From Myxococcota bacterium (GTDB lineage: Bacteria > Myxococcota_A > SURF-8), in the NCBI GenBank assembly GCA_965140415.1, contig OZ223209.1, forward strand, positions 5,216,001 through 5,280,000: a stretch of DNA of 64,000 nt, given 5' to 3'. Below, in pieces: positions 62,605-64,000 of this stretch. The position numbers and the translations under genes are program-made. The notes under the pieces are model-generated. The model searched no databases. It was not told the origin of the DNA and saw only the letters and a program-made list of their open reading frames with translations. Positions within the stretch are counted from its first letter, which is position 1; each line of letters starts with the position of its first letter.

Positions 62605-64000
62605 TTAGCGGTAAACGACCGGTCCGGTATTGGTACGCTGCGCCAACTGCAAGGCGTCCTGCTTGCTGCCTTTAAATACCTTAAATAACCACGAATCGCC
62701 ATTTTCAGGATCGGCGGTCTCGTCGATGAACTGGATGGTGTTGCGGGCTTCTTCTTCGGCGGTTTCGTTGGGCACGCGCCCCGCCAGATGCACCTGGCTG
62801 CAATCTTTGATGACCCACCAGTCATCGCCCAGACCGATCAGGCCATTTCCCAGCGGGAGGTACACTTCCGGCTTGAGAAAATCGAAGTCCGAGAAGGGAT
62901 ACTCCACCACCGTGTCTTCCATCAGCGCCGGGCTGTAGCGAATCACATCGTCATAACGTGGCAGGGTCAAGGTCACCACCGCTTTTTCGGCGATTTTTCC
63001 GGTGGGATCTTCAGACGCACCGAAGCTGACCGACAATTCGTAAATACCATTATCGTATTTCTTCCATTCGAGTGTTGCTTCTCGACCGGGAGCCGCGACC
63101 GTTGCCTCAAACGGCGCATCGGCTGCGCTTGGACCTTCCGGCAACGGAATATCGTCGATGGCTTCGGCGGTTTTGTTCCGCAGATCGATCTGCGCATGTT
63201 CCCAGCCCAACAGCGTCATCAGATCCGCTCCCAGATCCTGCGCGATTTGCAGAGCGGCTGCGTCGTTATCGTTGGCGTAATTGAATTCGCCCTGCCAGGG
63301 CGTGATGCCGGTGGTGTCGGTGACTTGCGCCTTTAATAAATGGCGATAGCCGGTATCCAAAGTCTCATCCATGCCGGTTACGTCCAAGCCTTCTTCTTTG
63401 GCGTGTTCGTACAGAATGGCCGTGGCTTCCATTTCGGTGCGCACGCGATAATTGCTGGTGCGAATGGGATTGTCCCGTTCGAGATTGTTGTACGGTGCCA
63501 AGGAGCGTCCACCCAGCCAGCGCTTGACGCTCTCCGTCGAAGGCGGCTGCCAGGTGCCGTCCAGTACCTTTGGCAGGGCTTTTTGTTCGATACCCTGCGC
63601 TTTGAGATGCGAAACGAAATCGGTGATGCTCGTGACCTTGTAGCCCTGCTCCACGAGATCGGCAAGCTCCTGTGCATACTCATCAAGCAGGGTATAGTCG
63701 GCGCTGACTACCGCCGCCAGATAAGGATCCGCCGGGACCATCAACAGTTCGCCGTCATCGAAAAAGGTCCAGTTCGATTCGATTCCACTGGCTGGATCGA
63801 TGCTGCCCGGACCGATAATCACATCCGTTCCGTGATCCTGATAGAGCGGCCAATAGGCAGCGGATTCTTCTTCCTGTACGTATTTGAAGAGGTTTTTCGG
63901 ATAAACGCTAATGGCGTATCCCTGATCCGCCATCAGGCGGTGTTTGCCTTCGCCCGCCTGACCTTCCTGGTTAAAGACCACCTGCGACAGCGTGACGTGG
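62605..64000 (-). CDS. Hypothetical protein, 5' end outside the window (possibly GH57/polysaccharide-deacetylase-like)
   Basis: Long open frame with coding-like bias; DGE, DGTW and LL.AQV.D..G..P motifs are only suggestive. Confidence 0.6.
   Translation of the reverse strand, partial: HVTLSQVVFNQEGQAGEGKHRLMADQGYAISVYPKNLFKYVQEEESAAYWPLYQDHGTDVIIGPGSIDPASGIESNWTFFDDGELLMVPADPYLAAVVSADYTLLDEYAQELADLVEQGYKVTSITDFVSHLKAQGIEQKALPKVLDGTWQPPSTESVKRWLGGRSLAPYNNLERDNPIRTSNYRVRTEMEATAILYEHAKEEGLDVTGMDETLDTGYRHLLKAQVTDTTGITPWQGEFNYANDNDAAALQIAQDLGADLMTLLGWEHAQIDLRNKTAEAIDDIPLPEGPSAADAPFEATVAAPGREATLEWKKYDNGIYELSVSFGASEDPTGKIAEKAVVTLTLPRYDDVIRYSPALMEDTVVEYPFSDFDFLKPEVYLPLGNGLIGLGDDWWVIKDCSQVHLAGRVPNETAEEEARNTIQFIDETADPENGDSWLFKVFKGSKQDALQLAQRTNTGPVVYR

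Noticed and set aside
57729-64000. Genomic island integrated at tRNA-Phe
   Set aside because: No integrase and no duplicated tRNA 3' end seen in the window

Overview
A 64 kb chromosomal window from a deltaproteobacteria-type bacterium, probably Myxococcota-like (DELTA495a probe site in the 16S; many Cys-rich lipoproteins; MYXO-CTERM-like tails). Housekeeping content: trxB, htpX, a complete minus-strand rRNA operon (16S-tRNA-Ile-tRNA-Ala-23S-5S) with three tandem promoters, FadR-like TetR-etfB-etfA, hsp20-hsp20-htpG, cdd-amidohydrolase-hpt, tRNA-Phe, a NarX/NarL-type pair and an IS4. Four things stand out. (1) An Rrf2-led operon (28244-34366) encodes an octaheme tetrathionate-reductase-family enzyme, an OTR paralogue that lacks the catalytic heme and is fused to cytochrome b, and two YeeE/YedE proteins; one of these carries a Cys-less rhodanese domain and a SoxY-like KVTGGCG tail. 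(2) A VWA/DUF1566 lipoprotein gene has a 3' end with the codon signature of a diversity-generating-retroelement variable region and sits in a ~2.3 kb cassette bounded by 51-bp direct repeats; no RT or template repeat is in the window. (3) The amidohydrolase after cdd has no canonical start codon and lies in the -1 frame behind a GCA AAG motif. (4) A family of secreted proteins shares DGD acidic linkers, two with GGxC-CTERM tails, one of them near a rhomboid protease. Dispersed REP-like palindromes are also present, one cut by the IS4. All calls come from manual reading; no searches or folding were run.
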